Part shown: one piece after another, positions 39,075 through 54,495 of the stretch
How positions within the stretch are numbered: position 1 is the first letter of the stretch
How the letters are laid out: every line of letters starts with the position of its first letter
Notes under the pieces: generated by a model
Databases searched by the model: none
What the model was told of the DNA's origin: nothing
Seen by the model: the letters and a program-made list of their open reading frames with translations, nothing else
Made by a program: the position numbers and the translations under genes
From: Octopus vulgaris
Lineage: Eukaryota
Assembly (NCBI GenBank): GCA_951406725.2
Contig: OX597832.1
Span: 25,172,001-25,236,000, forward strand
Length of the DNA stretch: 64,000 nucleotides
Reading direction: 5' to 3'

Positions 39075-39580
39075 TTCTTTCTACTACAAACACAAGGCCT
39101 GAAATTTTGATGGATGGGGGCTAATGGTTTACATCGACCCCAGTGACCGTCTGGCCCTTATTTTATCTTACCCCAAAAGTTTAAAAGGAAAAGATGACCT
39201 GGGCGGGATTTGAACTCAGAATGTAGAGACGGAATGAATGCCGTAAAGCATTTATTTGTCTTCCTGATACCGAACACGTAATTTGGTGCGAGGGGCTACT
39301 CAATTAGATCGACCCCCGTACGCAACTGGTACTTCATTTATCGACCCCAATACGCAACTGGTACTTCATTTATCGACCCCAATACGCAACTGGTACTTCA
39401 TTTATCGATCCCGAAAGGATGAAACGCAAAGTTGACCTCGGCGAGCTAGCGGAATCGTCAACGTTCTGATTTCAGATTCCGCAGAAGTCGACTTTGCCGT
39501 TCATCGTTTCGCGGTCGATAAAATACGTACTTACTCCCTCTCCTAAAATTGCAGGCCTTGTGCCAAAATTTGAAAACGAT
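39075..39580. mobile_element. Cluster of SINE family B fragments including an internal 3x32-bp tandem duplication
   Basis: ATCGACCCC..TACGCAACTGGTACTTCATTT x3 at 39308-39403. Confidence 0.75.
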
Positions 39581-39664
39581 ACTAGAATTATCCCTGAGTG
39601 GAAACATCCGGAAACACCAGCGAAAAAGAAATTAAAGATCCAACCGTTTTTTTCTTTTTGTTTA

Positions 39665-39872
39665 TTCTTTTACAAGTTTCACTCATTTGGCTACGGCCAT
39701 GCAGGAGCACTGCCTTAAAGGGGTTTTTTTGAGTCGAAGAAATCGACCCCAGGACTTATTCTTTGTAAGCTTAGTACTTTTTCTATCGGTCATTTTTGCC
39801 GAACCGCTAGGTTACGGAGACAAAGACACACCTCCATTTGTTGTCAAGCGATGGACACACACACACACACAT

Positions 39873-39933
<61 letters not shown>

Positions 39934-40070
39934 ACGAGCTTCTTTCAGTTTCCGTCTACCAAATCCATTCACAAGGCTTTGTACGGCCCAAGGCTATAGT
40001 AGAAGACACCTGTCCAAGGTGCCAAGCAGTAGAACTGAACCCGGAATGATGTGGTTGGGAAGTAAGCTTG
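39665..40070 (-). mobile_element. SINE family A, diverged
   Basis: CTTTCAGTTTCCGTCTACCAAATCC...GCTATAGTAGAAGACAC. Confidence 0.8.
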
Positions 40071-40329
40071 TTGGGTGGGAGATTGAAGAAACAAAAGGGC
40101 CTATAGTGGAATAATACTTGCGTAGGCTACAAGCAAAATGCTGGCCAACATACTGAACCAGCAATTTGCAACAAAGATCGCGGCCTATTATCAGAACAAG
40201 GGTTATTGTTGCACCATAGTAATGCACACTCACATTTATTTACATCTAAAGGTGCAAACAGATGAAGTATCGTGCAACTGAAAGCAAAACTCCCAAAATC
40301 CATGATATCTGTGCGTAAAAAATTTTCTC

Positions 40330-40560
40330 ACAAAATTTATAATGTCACTGAATGAAAATGTTTCTAATAATAAAATGAAAAGGCATTCAAATGAAATATC
40401 TTAGGAACCCACGAGAAAGATTGTCAGCATTTCACTTATCTTGGACCTGTCAGGAATTTGGACGATATATTTTCTTGCTCTTTTTGATATCATTCCAAGT
40501 GCTCCAATAACAATTGGTAATGTTGCTGCTTTGAGATACCAAATTCTTCTGATTTCTGAT

Positions 40561-40562
<2 letters not shown>
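40330..40562 (-). mobile_element. R4/Dong-like non-LTR retrotransposon 3' fragment (restriction-like endonuclease C-terminus)
   Basis: EIRRIWYLKAATLPIVIGALG; similar peptide at 59655-59870. Confidence 0.65.
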
Positions 40563-40637
<75 letters not shown>

Positions 40638-40639
40638 CA

Positions 40640-40781
40640 TTGAGTGAGAGAGCAGTGCATGCCATCAAAGTGACGCTGGGGTAAAATATACGAAGCCCAG
40701 TATACCCATCATGACTACCCGTCTGATAAGGGTACACAAGGCACATGCATCACAACCATATGTGCGCGACATGGTGATCTC

Positions 40782-40782
<1 letters not shown>
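40640..40782 (-). mobile_element. 3' end of the (TAA)n-embedded element seen at 60745-61300
   Basis: Reverse complement of ~61160-61300; flanked by (ATT)n on both sides. Confidence 0.85.
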
Positions 40783-40856
<74 letters not shown>

Positions 40857-40857
40857 C

Positions 40858-41095
40858 AAGGTGAGCTACTAGAATTGTTAATACATAGGACGTAAAGCCG
40901 GACGTAATAATAAGCAGCATTTAGTCCGTCTTTACTTTCAGAATTCAAATTCTGACGAGATCGACTTTGCGTTTCATCGTTTCGACATCGATAAAATATG
41001 CACCATTTGAACACAGGGGGTCGATATAATCGACTAGGTCCTACCCCCAACTATCCCAATTTCTGGCCGCGTGCCAGTAGCTAAAAAGGATTATT
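40858..41095 (+). mobile_element. SINE family B, diverged
   Basis: GAATTCAAATTC..GTCGACTTTGC.TTTCATC motifs. Confidence 0.65.
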
Positions 41096-41348
41096 ATTAT
41101 TCTTACTGTTGTCGTTATTGTTGTTGTTGTAATCCATAGTATGATGTCAGCAACAGTCAGCTGGGCCGATGCATTCGTAAAAGTAGTAATATAATATCAC
41201 AAAAACCTATTATGCTTGTATTTGCTTCCAAGGAGGTTTGCAACGCGAATGAATAAACAAACAATCGTATTTAATTGATCTCAAGAAATATAATTTTCAT
41301 TTTGGTATATCATTTATTTGCTAATGTTTTCAACGTCCTTTTTCAATA

Positions 41349-41395
<47 letters not shown>

Positions 41396-41493
41396 CACAC
41401 ACACATATATATATATACATACACATATAGAATTTATATATATATATATTTATATATATATATATATATACATATATATATAATACACATATA

Positions 41494-41527
<34 letters not shown>

Positions 41528-41691
41528 GCATATATATATATATATACATGTATATATATATATATATATACATATGTATATATATATGCATATATATAAA
41601 TATATATATATATTTATATATATATATATATATATGTATAAATATGTGTGTGTGTGTGTATGTATGTATGTAAATGTATATATATATATAT

Positions 41692-41725
<34 letters not shown>

Positions 41726-42165
41726 TGATGCATTTTCAGATTTCACTTTCGAAGACTGCTTAAGAGGCTTGTGAATTTCTTTTTTCCGTTTTCTTCTTTT
41801 TCTTCTTTTCACCATACTTTAAAAAAGAAACAAACAATTTTTGAAAAATAATTCTTCATTTCTGTCTGCATTACATTCTACGCTTAATTGAAATATGCTG
41901 TAAATAACAACAACAACAACAACAACAGCAACAACAATAATATCAACAACAGCCATAATGATAATAGTAATAATGTAGAGCATGATAATGATATTAGTAG
42001 TAGTAATATTAGTAGTAGTGGCAAGAGTAGTTGTTATTGGTGGTGGTGGTATTGGTTGGAGCGCTAATGAGGAAGCGGCTCATTGTCTTTGAGTGTTTAA
42101 TAGGTTCATCATTGTTTCAAGTATAGACTTGTTCTAAACCTCTGTAATATACATACATACACAGC

Positions 42166-42216
<51 letters not shown>

Positions 42217-42248
42217 CATACATACATACATACATACATACATAATAT

Positions 42249-42293
<45 letters not shown>

Positions 42294-42584
42294 TATGTAT
42301 GTATATATGTATATATATATATATATATGTATGTATTTATATAAATATATATATATGTGTATATATACATCTGTGTGAGTGTGTAGGTACTTGTCATATA
42401 TTCGCGATGTGTTCTTATTCTTAGTAATAATTAATGTTTTCTCATTTTTGTTGGAATTTTTAAATGAAAAATACCTGTGCATCGCTTTGGATTTTCATTA
42501 TTGGGTTTTTGTTGTTGGTGTTATCATTATTATTATCATTATCATCCTCATCCAGATTATTATATATTGTCATATCCTTATTTC

Positions 42585-42630
<46 letters not shown>

Positions 42631-42752
42631 TGTGGGAAGTTGTAATGCCATATATATATATATGTATGTATTTGTAATAATATATATGTATAATATACGT
42701 ATAATATATGTATACATATATGTATTAATATATATATATATGTATGTGTATA

Positions 42753-42794
<42 letters not shown>

Positions 42795-42894
42795 GAGAGA
42801 GAGAGAGTGAAACAGACAGTCAGACAGGCAGATAGATAGATAAATAGATAACTAGACAGATACACAGAAAGATAGATAAAATATATCCATATAA

Positions 42895-42926
<32 letters not shown>

Positions 42927-42963
42927 GTATGTATATAATAGATATACTTCTATATATACGCAG

Positions 42964-43031
<68 letters not shown>

Positions 43032-43290
43032 ATGCACATACATACATACATTTCTGTAATCTATCCGTATCATATTAAAACTTGGTTTCTCAAGCCTGTA
43101 TTTTTCAACTTGTCTTTCTTTCTTCTTTCCTCACTCTTTTCCTCTCACTCCCTCTCACTCCCTCTCTTCCTCTTCATCATCATCATCTTCTTCTTCTTTT
43201 CTCCCCTCTCCACCACTTCTACTCATTATAACATTAAGTCCTACATCAGAAAATTATTACCAACATCTGCGTGTGGGAAACTGTAATGCA

Positions 43291-43352
<62 letters not shown>

Positions 43353-44414
43353 TTATTTATTTATTTATTTATGTATATATATATATATTAACTGAAAGTT
43401 CTGTGCGTGTGTTTCACTGCGTGAGTATGTGTGCATGTATGCTAATTGTGTTTGTTAAACGAACGGTTTTTTGCTAGGATTTGAGCTGACAATGGTTTTC
43501 ATATTTATTAAATTATTACTATCTGTAAAATATAATATGTGTGTAGTGATTGTGCTATTATAATGCTGTGTGTGCAGACAGACATTCATCCGTGCATGCA
43601 CACACATTAACACACACAGACACACATATGTATACATGCATATATGGCTGTTTGTCATGCACTTTCGATAGAAAATCGGAAATAACAGGGCCGTCCTACA
43701 TTCATAGGTGCTCGATTCGGCAGGTCCAGGCCTTAGTCAATGCGCATTGTTTCTAAGTACCTTACCCCATGTGGCATATTTAATGGTGAATCGAAGAGAC
43801 CTTTTTCTCTAGAGGGGTCTAAATCATTCATTGCACCCTACGTTTGTATTGAGTGCCGTTTTTCGTAGTTAATTTTAATCGACGTTTCGGCGTGGCTGTC
43901 TGGTTAAGAAGATGTCGGTGCAACCACGTGTTTGCGGTTTCAGTCCCAGTGCATGGCATCCTGGGTACACATCTTCTATTGTTAAGTGTCTTCTATCGAT
44001 CCACGCCTTTCGAGTGGATTTAGTAGGCGGAAATTGAACGAAGCCTGTTGTATATATATGTGTCTCTGTTTGTCCTTCAAACAGTCTTCGGTTAATTATG
44101 GACGTACTTTTCTGGATTAGAATCTTAAGATTCATAGACTGTTTGATTTCATTATTTTTCTTCTTTTTTTTTTTTGCCATATATGAGTTACAAATATTGT
44201 TGTCTGTGGAGACATATTTTTGTAGAAAAAGGAAATGGTAGTCCTTTGGCTGCTATTTCTAAAAATTTCGGTATGTGGTTTAAGCAACTTGTTGCAAAAA
44301 ACCCTTATTCTTATAATTATATAAGTTTTTACCGAATATGGTCCTTTCCGAAATACTACTAGGTGAAATTTGTTGATTTTATTAAATTAATTATCTTTCA
44401 CCCTGTATCTGTAA

Positions 44415-44456
<42 letters not shown>

Positions 44457-44801
44457 TTCTGGTCTAACGACCCTCCAGTTTTTTCATTCGGTTTCCTTGT
44501 ATGTCTCTACTGTTCTGTTTTCGTTCCCAGCTTTGCCCTTCCATATTCCCAAATTATATTTTGGTACTTATTGGAGTAACTGTCTTCGAAGACTCATATT
44601 GTCGTTCATTGCTCGAAATAAGGAGAAGATAGAGAGCCGACAACTGATGATGAAGGGTCGTTCTTTATGTTACTTGACCTGTTTTTCATTTGTTTCTCTC
44701 TCGTTGTTTGCGTATCGAACTCCTTGGTTTTCGTATTTCATGTTGCTTACTCTTGCTGAAGTCCTGTACCCATAAATGCATGTTTGTGTATATATATATA
44801 T

Positions 44802-44916
<115 letters not shown>

Positions 44917-45415
44917 AATATGTATATATGTATGTACAATAAGTTTGAAATACAAATATAGGACGAACCGATCACAGTACAAAATGAATATATATTGTTT
45001 ATTGATCCTGAAATGATGAAAAGACAAAGTTGACCCCTTGTTCTCGACTGGTTCTCAACCCGCACATTAGGGACAGACTCAAAATACTCGAGGATAACTT
45101 TCCCCATGTTATGTATGTATATACCATTAGAGGTATCAGGTATGTTATATAACGAGTCGAAAGACTTTGATTTACTGAGTATATTATTGCAGTACATGGA
45201 GTTGCTTGAGGTTATTGAACGTTAGATAGGTATTCAATGGAAGAAAATAAACAGAGATGTATTGAGACATAGACACACTCACAGAAACAGATACACACAG
45301 TCACAATCATACATACACATACATTGACATAACGCTACACGCATACATACATGCATTCGTATAGAGATTCTAATGTAATCTTTATACTAGAGCATGCGTG
45401 CGTATGAATGTATAT

Positions 45416-45468
<53 letters not shown>

Positions 45469-45606
45469 GATGTGTGTATAGATGTGTGTGTGTGTGTGTG
45501 TATGTATAGATATATATATATATACAAACATCCATGATTATTCATATCTACATACATGTAAATATATATGTAAATGCATGTACAAATATATAGGTATGTT
45601 AATGTT

Positions 45607-45638
<32 letters not shown>

Positions 45639-45656
45639 TACACATATATATATATG

Positions 45657-45693
<37 letters not shown>

Positions 45694-45816
45694 GCATATA
45701 AATTCTATATATAAATATATATATATATGTGCACTTATATATATGTAATTATAATATATATATGTGTATGTGTGTGTTTGTGTTTGTATCTGTGTGTGTA
45801 TAACTATCTCCCTGTC

Positions 45817-45861
<45 letters not shown>

Positions 45862-46654
45862 ATGTGTGTGTGTGTGTGTGAGAATGTATAAACAATGATG
45901 ATATTGAGAAGGGAGAAAGTGTATTGCAGTTTAGCCAATGTTGTAACAACACCGATTTTGATTCTTTGATCTTCTGCCTCACTTTCCTTCTCCTACCTCA
46001 TCCCTTTGCCTGTCTGTCTCTATCTCTCTCTGTCTCTCTGTCTCTCTCCACTTACCCATTCACTTAATCTCTATCTTTCTCCGTTTCTTTCTAGAAATTT
46101 TCATGTCACCAACTTTAGCCAATCGCAAATCCACACACGCACACACACACACACACACGCACACACACATACAGATACACACACACACACACGTATATAA
46201 ACACACAGATACAACTGACATGTGATGGCCGCCATACACCATCACTTTTTTCCTTTGCACAAAGACAAGAGACTTTCACTCTGCTCCCTTTCGAATGATG
46301 CCCCACTTTATTAAGGAAGACAAAAAAATCCGATAAACAGAAAGGGAAAAGAAAAGAGAGAGTTAAGAGAGACAGGGGGGAGAAGATCCATGTAGATATA
46401 TCTGCATATGTATTCATATGTGTGTGTATGTGTGTTTGTGTGTGTGTATATGTATATATATATATATCTGTTTGTATATATATACATATGTTTGTGTATA
46501 TATATATATATATATATATGCATGTACATATACAGAGATGTAAATATATGTATATACACATATATCCATAGACACATACACAGATACATATATATATATA
46601 CATACGTACATACATACATAGATTTATGCATGCACACAAACATACATACATACA

Positions 46655-46716
<62 letters not shown>

Positions 46717-47014
46717 CATACATACATACATACATACATACATACATACATACATACATACACACACACATACATACAATGTTAAAGTGAACATTTAGTT
46801 ACAGCGACATGCTAATCGCACGCTCTTTCTGCTTATTGACAAATTTATTTAACAGTTAGCACCTTAAAACTTTTCATCAAAGTACTGATTTATTAGCCAA
46901 TCAATTACACTACAGAGAATCACATGACAGACTTCACTAAACACAACCAACATCCGACACTTGCGGCCATATATAATTTTGATAATTTCTTCCTCGGCTC
47001 CCTCAATTGCTTAC

Positions 47015-47125
47015 CGTTTGATATCATCGCTTCTTTGAGTTGCCCTTTCACTTTGATTAAGTCTTGTAGTGAGTTATTGCAAAGACAATTACCAACGCGA
47101 CAGGCGATAGATATGCGCATGCGCA
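47015..47125 (-). promoter_or_regulatory. Candidate promoter / non-coding first exon
   Basis: Non-repetitive island with palindromic TGCGCATGCGCA (NRF1-type motif, 47114-47125) followed on the minus strand by a strong donor ACG|GTAAGC at 47015/47014. The link to the Reeler gene is inferred. Confidence 0.3.
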
Positions 47126-47453
47126 CAGCAAGGTTTGTCATCTCGACGACAGAGTCTGTGTGCGTACATACGTAAGTACGTCTGAATGAATGTAAGCATA
47201 TGATTGTATATACATATATATGTATGTATGTATGCGTGAGGTAAGTAGGTATATAGGTGTAAATATGATTGGATATGTGCGCACGTGTGTGTGGTTATAT
47301 ATATATATATATAGATATATATATACATAGATCTACACACACACACACATATATATATACGTATATATATGTATATGTATATAAATATATACATATGTAT
47401 ATGTATATATATATATATATATATATAATATACATATATACATATAAATATAG

Positions 47454-47505
<52 letters not shown>

Positions 47506-47512
47506 GTAAATA

Positions 47513-48213
47513 TCTATAATACATTAAAACTGAAGTTCAGTCTTGCTTCGTTGCTTGCAATGTTACGCGGCCAAACTGGCACATAATGAGAAGAAAAAAA
47601 ATTGAAAGAAAATCCCCTGAAATGTGAATACGAACGGCATAAAACAAGTTTCGCGTAAATCGGACCAGTGGTTATTGAGATATTTGTGGGTTTCGGGCAT
47701 AAATACCAAAAACGGTGCATAATGAAGAAATACTCCGAAAATAACGTAACTCAGAAAGGAAAGAAACTCAAAAATTTCTGTTAGACACATTATCATAAGC
47801 AACATATTTTTAAGTGAATATGTCTTTAATAATACTGTAAATATTTCGTAAATACCCGTTTGTAACTTCGGTGTGAAATAATTATTTTTTTCTCCATAGG
47901 TTTCTTTCGAGTGCATTCAACGTATCTCATCTCCGAAGTTTGGGCTGCTATTTCTAGCACACCCTGCCACCATATAACAGCTTTTAGCGATAAAGGACCC
48001 GAAATACATGTTACGTGATAGCAAGCCATGCAAGAAACACCAGCCAAATATTTCCTTTTCTGGAGAAAGGAGCCGTTTACGCGTGATTTCGATGTCACAT
48101 TCGTTGAAAGCATGCGAAATAACCTGGAAAAGAAAGATAAACTCACGAAACAAAACTCCGTTGCTGGGATACTCAGACTTCCCCGGTGACCCGACGAGAC
48201 ACGGGTAGTCTAG
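47513..48213 (+). mobile_element. Non-autonomous Helitron-like element
   Basis: A|TCTATAAT 5' end; ACCCG-N8-CGGGT hairpin then CTAG 3' end. Confidence 0.55.
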
Positions 48214-48484
48214 AATATGTGTATAGATGAATATGTATTTAGACTCACACGCAACCAAACACGCACACACACTCACACACACACACATAGTCAAACGGGG
48301 AGATCCAGATATACCAAATATATCAATGTAAAAAGCACGTAGCGGCACTCAAATGATTTCATCTTATATTCCGAAGTCTTTATTGTTGTCTGTTTGTGTG
48401 TGTGTTTGGGTGTATGTATGTATGTGTATGTATATAGATATATATAATCATATATTTCTATACAAATATATTTGTATAAATAAA

Positions 48485-48597
<113 letters not shown>

Positions 48598-48691
48598 ATG
48601 TGTGTGTGTGTGTGTATGTATATATATGTACCTATCCATTTAGACTATCATATTCTAACCCCTCATATTCTCTCTCTTCCTCCCTCTCCCT

Positions 48692-48728
<37 letters not shown>

Positions 48729-48883
48729 ACACACACATATATATATATTTGCTCCAAATGAGGAGTAGATAGACAGCTGACAACTGATGTGTTTACTTGT
48801 CATGTTCTCCATATTTTTGTCGTTGATTACATATTTAAATAATCGGTAATGTCCTGTACCCATATACGCATACATATACATAC

Positions 48884-48934
<51 letters not shown>

Positions 48935-49053
48935 TATATATATATACACATACATACATATATATATATATACATACACATATATATACGCACAGACAGA
49001 TAGACAGATAAACAGACAGATATATGTATATCTATCTTTCTATCTATCTATCC

Positions 49054-49091
<38 letters not shown>

Positions 49092-49126
49092 TTGCCTATC
49101 TATCTATCTATCTATCTATCTATAGG

Positions 49127-49203
<77 letters not shown>

Positions 49204-49306
49204 GGATAGGTAGATAGATAGATAGATGGATGGATAGGTAGATAGATAGACAGATAGATAGATATATATATAGATAGATAGATAGATGGATAGATGGATA
49301 GATAGG

Positions 49307-49367
<61 letters not shown>

Positions 49368-49687
49368 GGATGGATAGGTAGATAGAGGTATTTTGTTTGC
49401 TTTGTTTCTTTTGTCTTTTTCACATTAACCGGTTTCTATTACATATATATATATACTGAACTGTAAGTGCTAGAGTATTTCCATGTATTTTCATGTATCA
49501 TATATTTGTTTTGCCCTTGTGGCGTTTAAAGAAACACTCGCCAATTATTACAATCGCCCTCCTCCCCACCCACCACCTCTTAGATAGGTGAAGAGTAAAA
49601 TAAATCTGAATCTAAACAAGAAACTAGCACGAAAAAAATAGCGATCGTAATATTGATGATGATGATGATGGTGATGATGATTATGAC

Positions 49688-49751
<64 letters not shown>

Positions 49752-49754
49752 TTA

Positions 49755-49801
<47 letters not shown>

Positions 49802-49852
49802 AATGATGACGGCGATTTCTTTATTAACGATTAAAGGCGTAGAGAAAGACTG

Positions 49853-49963
<111 letters not shown>

Positions 49964-50594
49964 GCAACAACAACAATAACAATGAGTATGATAAGAACAA
50001 CAGTAGCAGCAATGATTATGATATCAATATATATAGTAAAAATAAAATGATAAAACAGACAAAAAAAAAAAATCAAAACCGAACAAACAAAAAAAAGCTA
50101 AAAAAAAAGAATATATAAAACGAAACACAAGAAGTAGCCGCCATTTTAACGTAGATATCCTGCAGGAAGTAAAACTTAATTAAGCCAAACATGACTAAAA
50201 AAAATAACCATACTGCATCGGTTAATTAGAAATAAATGTTTTAAAAAGCAACACGAGACTCTCTTTGGTAGTGAAATTGTCTTCTTCTTCTGTAGTATTA
50301 GAAAACGGGAGTTCATCGTCTTCGCGCTACAAAACAACTCATTTTGGAGATTTTTGATTGTTGCCATTTAAATATAATTAACTCGATCGGAAAATTTCCG
50401 GGATCAAAGGAGCAGCTATTTACACAATTCCAATAATAAAAGGTTGATCTCATTCTTGTTTGTTCGTTTTTCTTTTTTTGTTTTGGTTGTCTTTGTTTCT
50501 CTATCTCTCTCCCTTTGCCGTCTCTGTCTCAGCATACATATATATTTATATTTGTGTGTGTGTAGATATATATATTTGTGTATATATATATTTT

Positions 50595-50644
<50 letters not shown>

Positions 50645-50753
50645 TATATATATATATAAATTTATATATATCTACACACGCACACAAATATATAGATATA
50701 TATATATGTATATATAATATATATAAATTATATGTATATATATGTGTATAAAT

Positions 50754-50790
<37 letters not shown>

Positions 50791-51382
50791 CATGCATACA
50801 TACATACACATATATAAAATGCTGTTTTTCTTGTTTTGTTGGTGTCGATTACAGGAAGACATTTGTTGGTAATTATGCAATGTCTTCGTAAAATTCAGTT
50901 GATAGAACCCGCCATAGGGGGAAAAGGTCTCCTCTGTGTGTGTGTGTGTGTGTGTGTGTGTATGAAGTAGTGTTTCCTTTTAGCTATCTGTTTAGTGAAT
51001 CACTTATATTGTCTTTAAGTTTGTTTTTCAAAGTCCGCTCTTAAAGTATCTACGAATATTCTCAATGCTATTGCTTCGTACAGTGTACTTTGTAAACACT
51101 CGCATACACGCATACAAACACACTCACCCGCACATATATTCACAGACACACACACACACACACATACACACATACATTCACAGACACACACACACACACA
51201 TGTACTCAAGCACACATACGAACACAAACTTCCATACGCACATATTTACATATCCATACACATGCTCGCTTTAATACGGGAGCATCTATTACGCTTACAC
51301 ATACAGATCGACGCAGACACACGTACACACACATACGCGCATTCACATACGAACACACAAATGCATATAAGCAGACACACAA

Positions 51383-51413
<31 letters not shown>

Positions 51414-51763
51414 TATATATATATATACACGCATGCGTATATCATATCTTATACACAAACAATATCCACAGACGCAAATTACATACACACACATATATAA
51501 ACACATACAGACATGAATACAGGCACAGCTTATGTATACATGCACATACGGATAGACACAGACCTAACACACACACACACACACTAATAGACACTCGACA
51601 ACCAAACACTAATAGAATACGATGAAGTCTTGAATTTTAAACAGATTAAGTTGGAACAGCATGGTTCTGCTTCAAACATTCACACGCACACTTACATCGA
51701 TATACCTACACAAACACATAAGAACACAATGCATAATGTGGAACACATACTCACACGCTCAAA

Positions 51764-51820
<57 letters not shown>

Positions 51821-51836
51821 GTCTGTCTATATATAC

Positions 51837-51915
<79 letters not shown>

Positions 51916-51963
51916 GATGGATAGATAGATATATGTGTATATATCTAGAGAGAGAGTGAGACA

Positions 51964-52101
<138 letters not shown>

Positions 52102-52225
52102 GTATATTGGCCTGATCGCGTTGAAGCTAAAACATTTGAAGGGTAAAACAATGCATTGTGACCAGCGATGTGTAGCAACATCTGATAGCCTGGTCGGTCA
52201 CGGTGATCACGGTGATATATATATT

Positions 52226-52749
52226 CAGGGTGTCCCAAAAAAATGTATACACACCTTAAATAATTGTAAATTTGGGGTTTATTATAATTCGAATAATTTT
52301 CAACATGTAAAGGAATTTACAAATATCATTCTATTGTCTTGTTATCGCATGTTCTCAAACTGATGTCCGTTCTGCTCCAGACACTGCTGACAACGCGAAG
52401 CGATGGAATGGCACACATCATGGAACAATTCCCTTGGGATATTCGTACATTCATGTTCAATGGTTTCCCTCAATTGAACGACTGTTGCAGGTTTCTTTGT
52501 CCTTTAGGTATCCCCATAAAAAGAAGTCTAGTGGTGTGAGGTCTGGTGAACGTGGAGGGTATTCGACAAAACCTCTCCGTCCAATCCACCTGTTTGGCAA
52601 GATCCCATCAAGAAAGGATCTAACATCGCGATGGTAGTGTGGAGGTGCCCCATCTTGCTGGAAATAAAACTCTTCCTGTTCAAAGTCCTCTCTAATGCTT
52701 GGCATGACAGACTGTTGCAGCAAGTGTATACATTTTTGGGGGGACACCC

Positions 52750-52751
<2 letters not shown>
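52226..52751 (-). mobile_element. Tc1/mariner rosa-type (DD41D) internally deleted transposon
   Basis: TIRs CAGGGTGTCCC.AAAAATGTATACAC at both ends; minus-strand FQQDGAPPH...WIGRRG...PPRSPDLTPLDFFLWGYLK with 41 residues between the second and third D. Confidence 0.88.
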
Positions 52752-52807
<56 letters not shown>

Positions 52808-52810
<3 letters not shown>

Positions 52811-54404
52811 GACAGAAGTAAATAGATAACCATTAAAATTTTATTTAAATCTGAAATTATATATTCATATTATTTATTAATTATTACAATGTAAGCATCT
52901 GATATTTAGTAGACATGCTCTTTGCATTTTTCAAAGCAAAGACCCTATTATGCATGTTACTGACCGGACGACGAACATTCTTTAAGGAATTTCTTGCCAA
53001 GTTTCATGCAAGAACTTCAAAGAATCTAGCTTTTAATATGCTTTCTTGTTCTTTTTACGAAGTGTCCTGTCCTTTATGCCCAGAAGTGCTCAATAGGGTT
53101 CATAACTGGTGACTGGCTTGGCCATGGAAGCTTTTTAATGCCATTCTCTTCTAACCAATCTTGGGTCATTTTAGCCATGTAATAAAGAAGCACATCTTCC
53201 ATAAAGAGTCTTCTTGAATCATTTCCTTGCTGGAAATCATTTTGAGGTGTCCTTTCTGTAATATGGACACATGTATATCTAAGTTTATGTTTCCTTCAGA
53301 TTCCACCAACTCTGATCGACTGTTGCTCCAAATTGTTCTTCAGGGCATCGCAGAATAGCCGCTGTGTTTCATTGTTGGCTGCAGTCTTTTCACGGCAAAT
53401 TCTTGACCACAGATCTCCAGACCCACACTCGACGACGGCCAGAAAAGACAGTAATTCTGGACTCGTCAGAGAATATGACAATGTCTCAAAAACGCTAGTG
53501 GCCTTTATACCATTTTCTCCGTTTGATATTAGCTGGTCCAAGAAGTGTCTTGCTTTTTGCTGCTCTGCCATAGTAACTAAGTTTGTGGAGATACTCGACA
53601 GCTGTTCTGGGACTGACATCAACAACTATGTCAGATGCCTTGCAACGAGGAAAGCAAAGGGTTCTGTCAGAGGGCCCTGTTCGACCTGGGTGAGGTGATC
53701 TGGACTCCTCCCCCTCTCTGGTGAGTTACTGTAATAACTCTATTAACAGTTTGTAGGCACAGGAGTGGCTGTGTGGTAAGTAGCTTGTTTACCAACCACA
53801 TGGTTCCGGGTTCAGTCCCACTGCGTGGCACCTTGGGCAAGTGTCTTCTACTATAGCCTCGGGCCGACCAAAGCCTTGTGAGTGGATTTGGTAGACGGAA
53901 ACTGAAAGAAGCCCGTCGTATAAATGTATATATATATATGTATATTTATGTGTTTATATGTTTGTGTGTCTGTGTTTGTCCCCCCAACATCGCTTGACAA
54001 ACGATGGTGGTGTGTTAACGTCCCTGTAACTTAGCGGTTCGGCAAAAGAGACCGATAGAATAAGTACTAGGCATCCACAGAATAAGTCCTGGGGTCGATT
54101 TGCTCAACTAAAGGTTGTGCTCCAAAATGGCCGCAGTCAAATGACTGAAACAAGTAAAAGAGTTGAAAGCGGGATCCCAACGTTTTCTGTGATTTTACAC
54201 TAAGTTCACCTTCCGATTGACCCACAATACGGCCTCTTTGAAATTCGGACAGCTCCAAGGATTCTTTTGTACATGGCGTGATTTAACAGTCACATATAGA
54301 ACCTGAAACATAAAAATGACAAATAATAAAAAAAATATAAACCATTTCAAGTTGAAATATACATAAAACGATGTTTTATGGGGTATCTATTTACTTCTGT
54401 CATG
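52808..54404 (-). mobile_element. Decayed full-length Tc1-like transposon with nested SINE A (53756-54162)
   Basis: TIRs ATGACAGAAGTAAATAGATA / TATCTATTTACTTCTGTCAT. Minus-strand remnants ELSEFQRGRIVG (HTH), VIFSDESR, LQPTMKHSG and WPSQSPVMNPIEHFW, broken by stops and frameshifts. Confidence 0.85.
53756..54162 (+). mobile_element. SINE family A, full length
   Basis: Near-identical to 12945-13341. Confidence 0.9.
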
Positions 54405-54495
54405 TTTGTGCATATGTGTATATATGTATACACAGTAACAGATACGATCGGATATACCTGAATTCTCAGAGAGTATTATTTAAGTTTTCTTGTAA

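Noticed and set aside
53296-53625. 109-aa ORF that looked like a host gene captured by a Tc1
   Set aside because: Other frames of the same strand give Tc1 motifs (VIFSDESR, LQPTMKHSG), so it is an off-frame reading of the decayed transposase.
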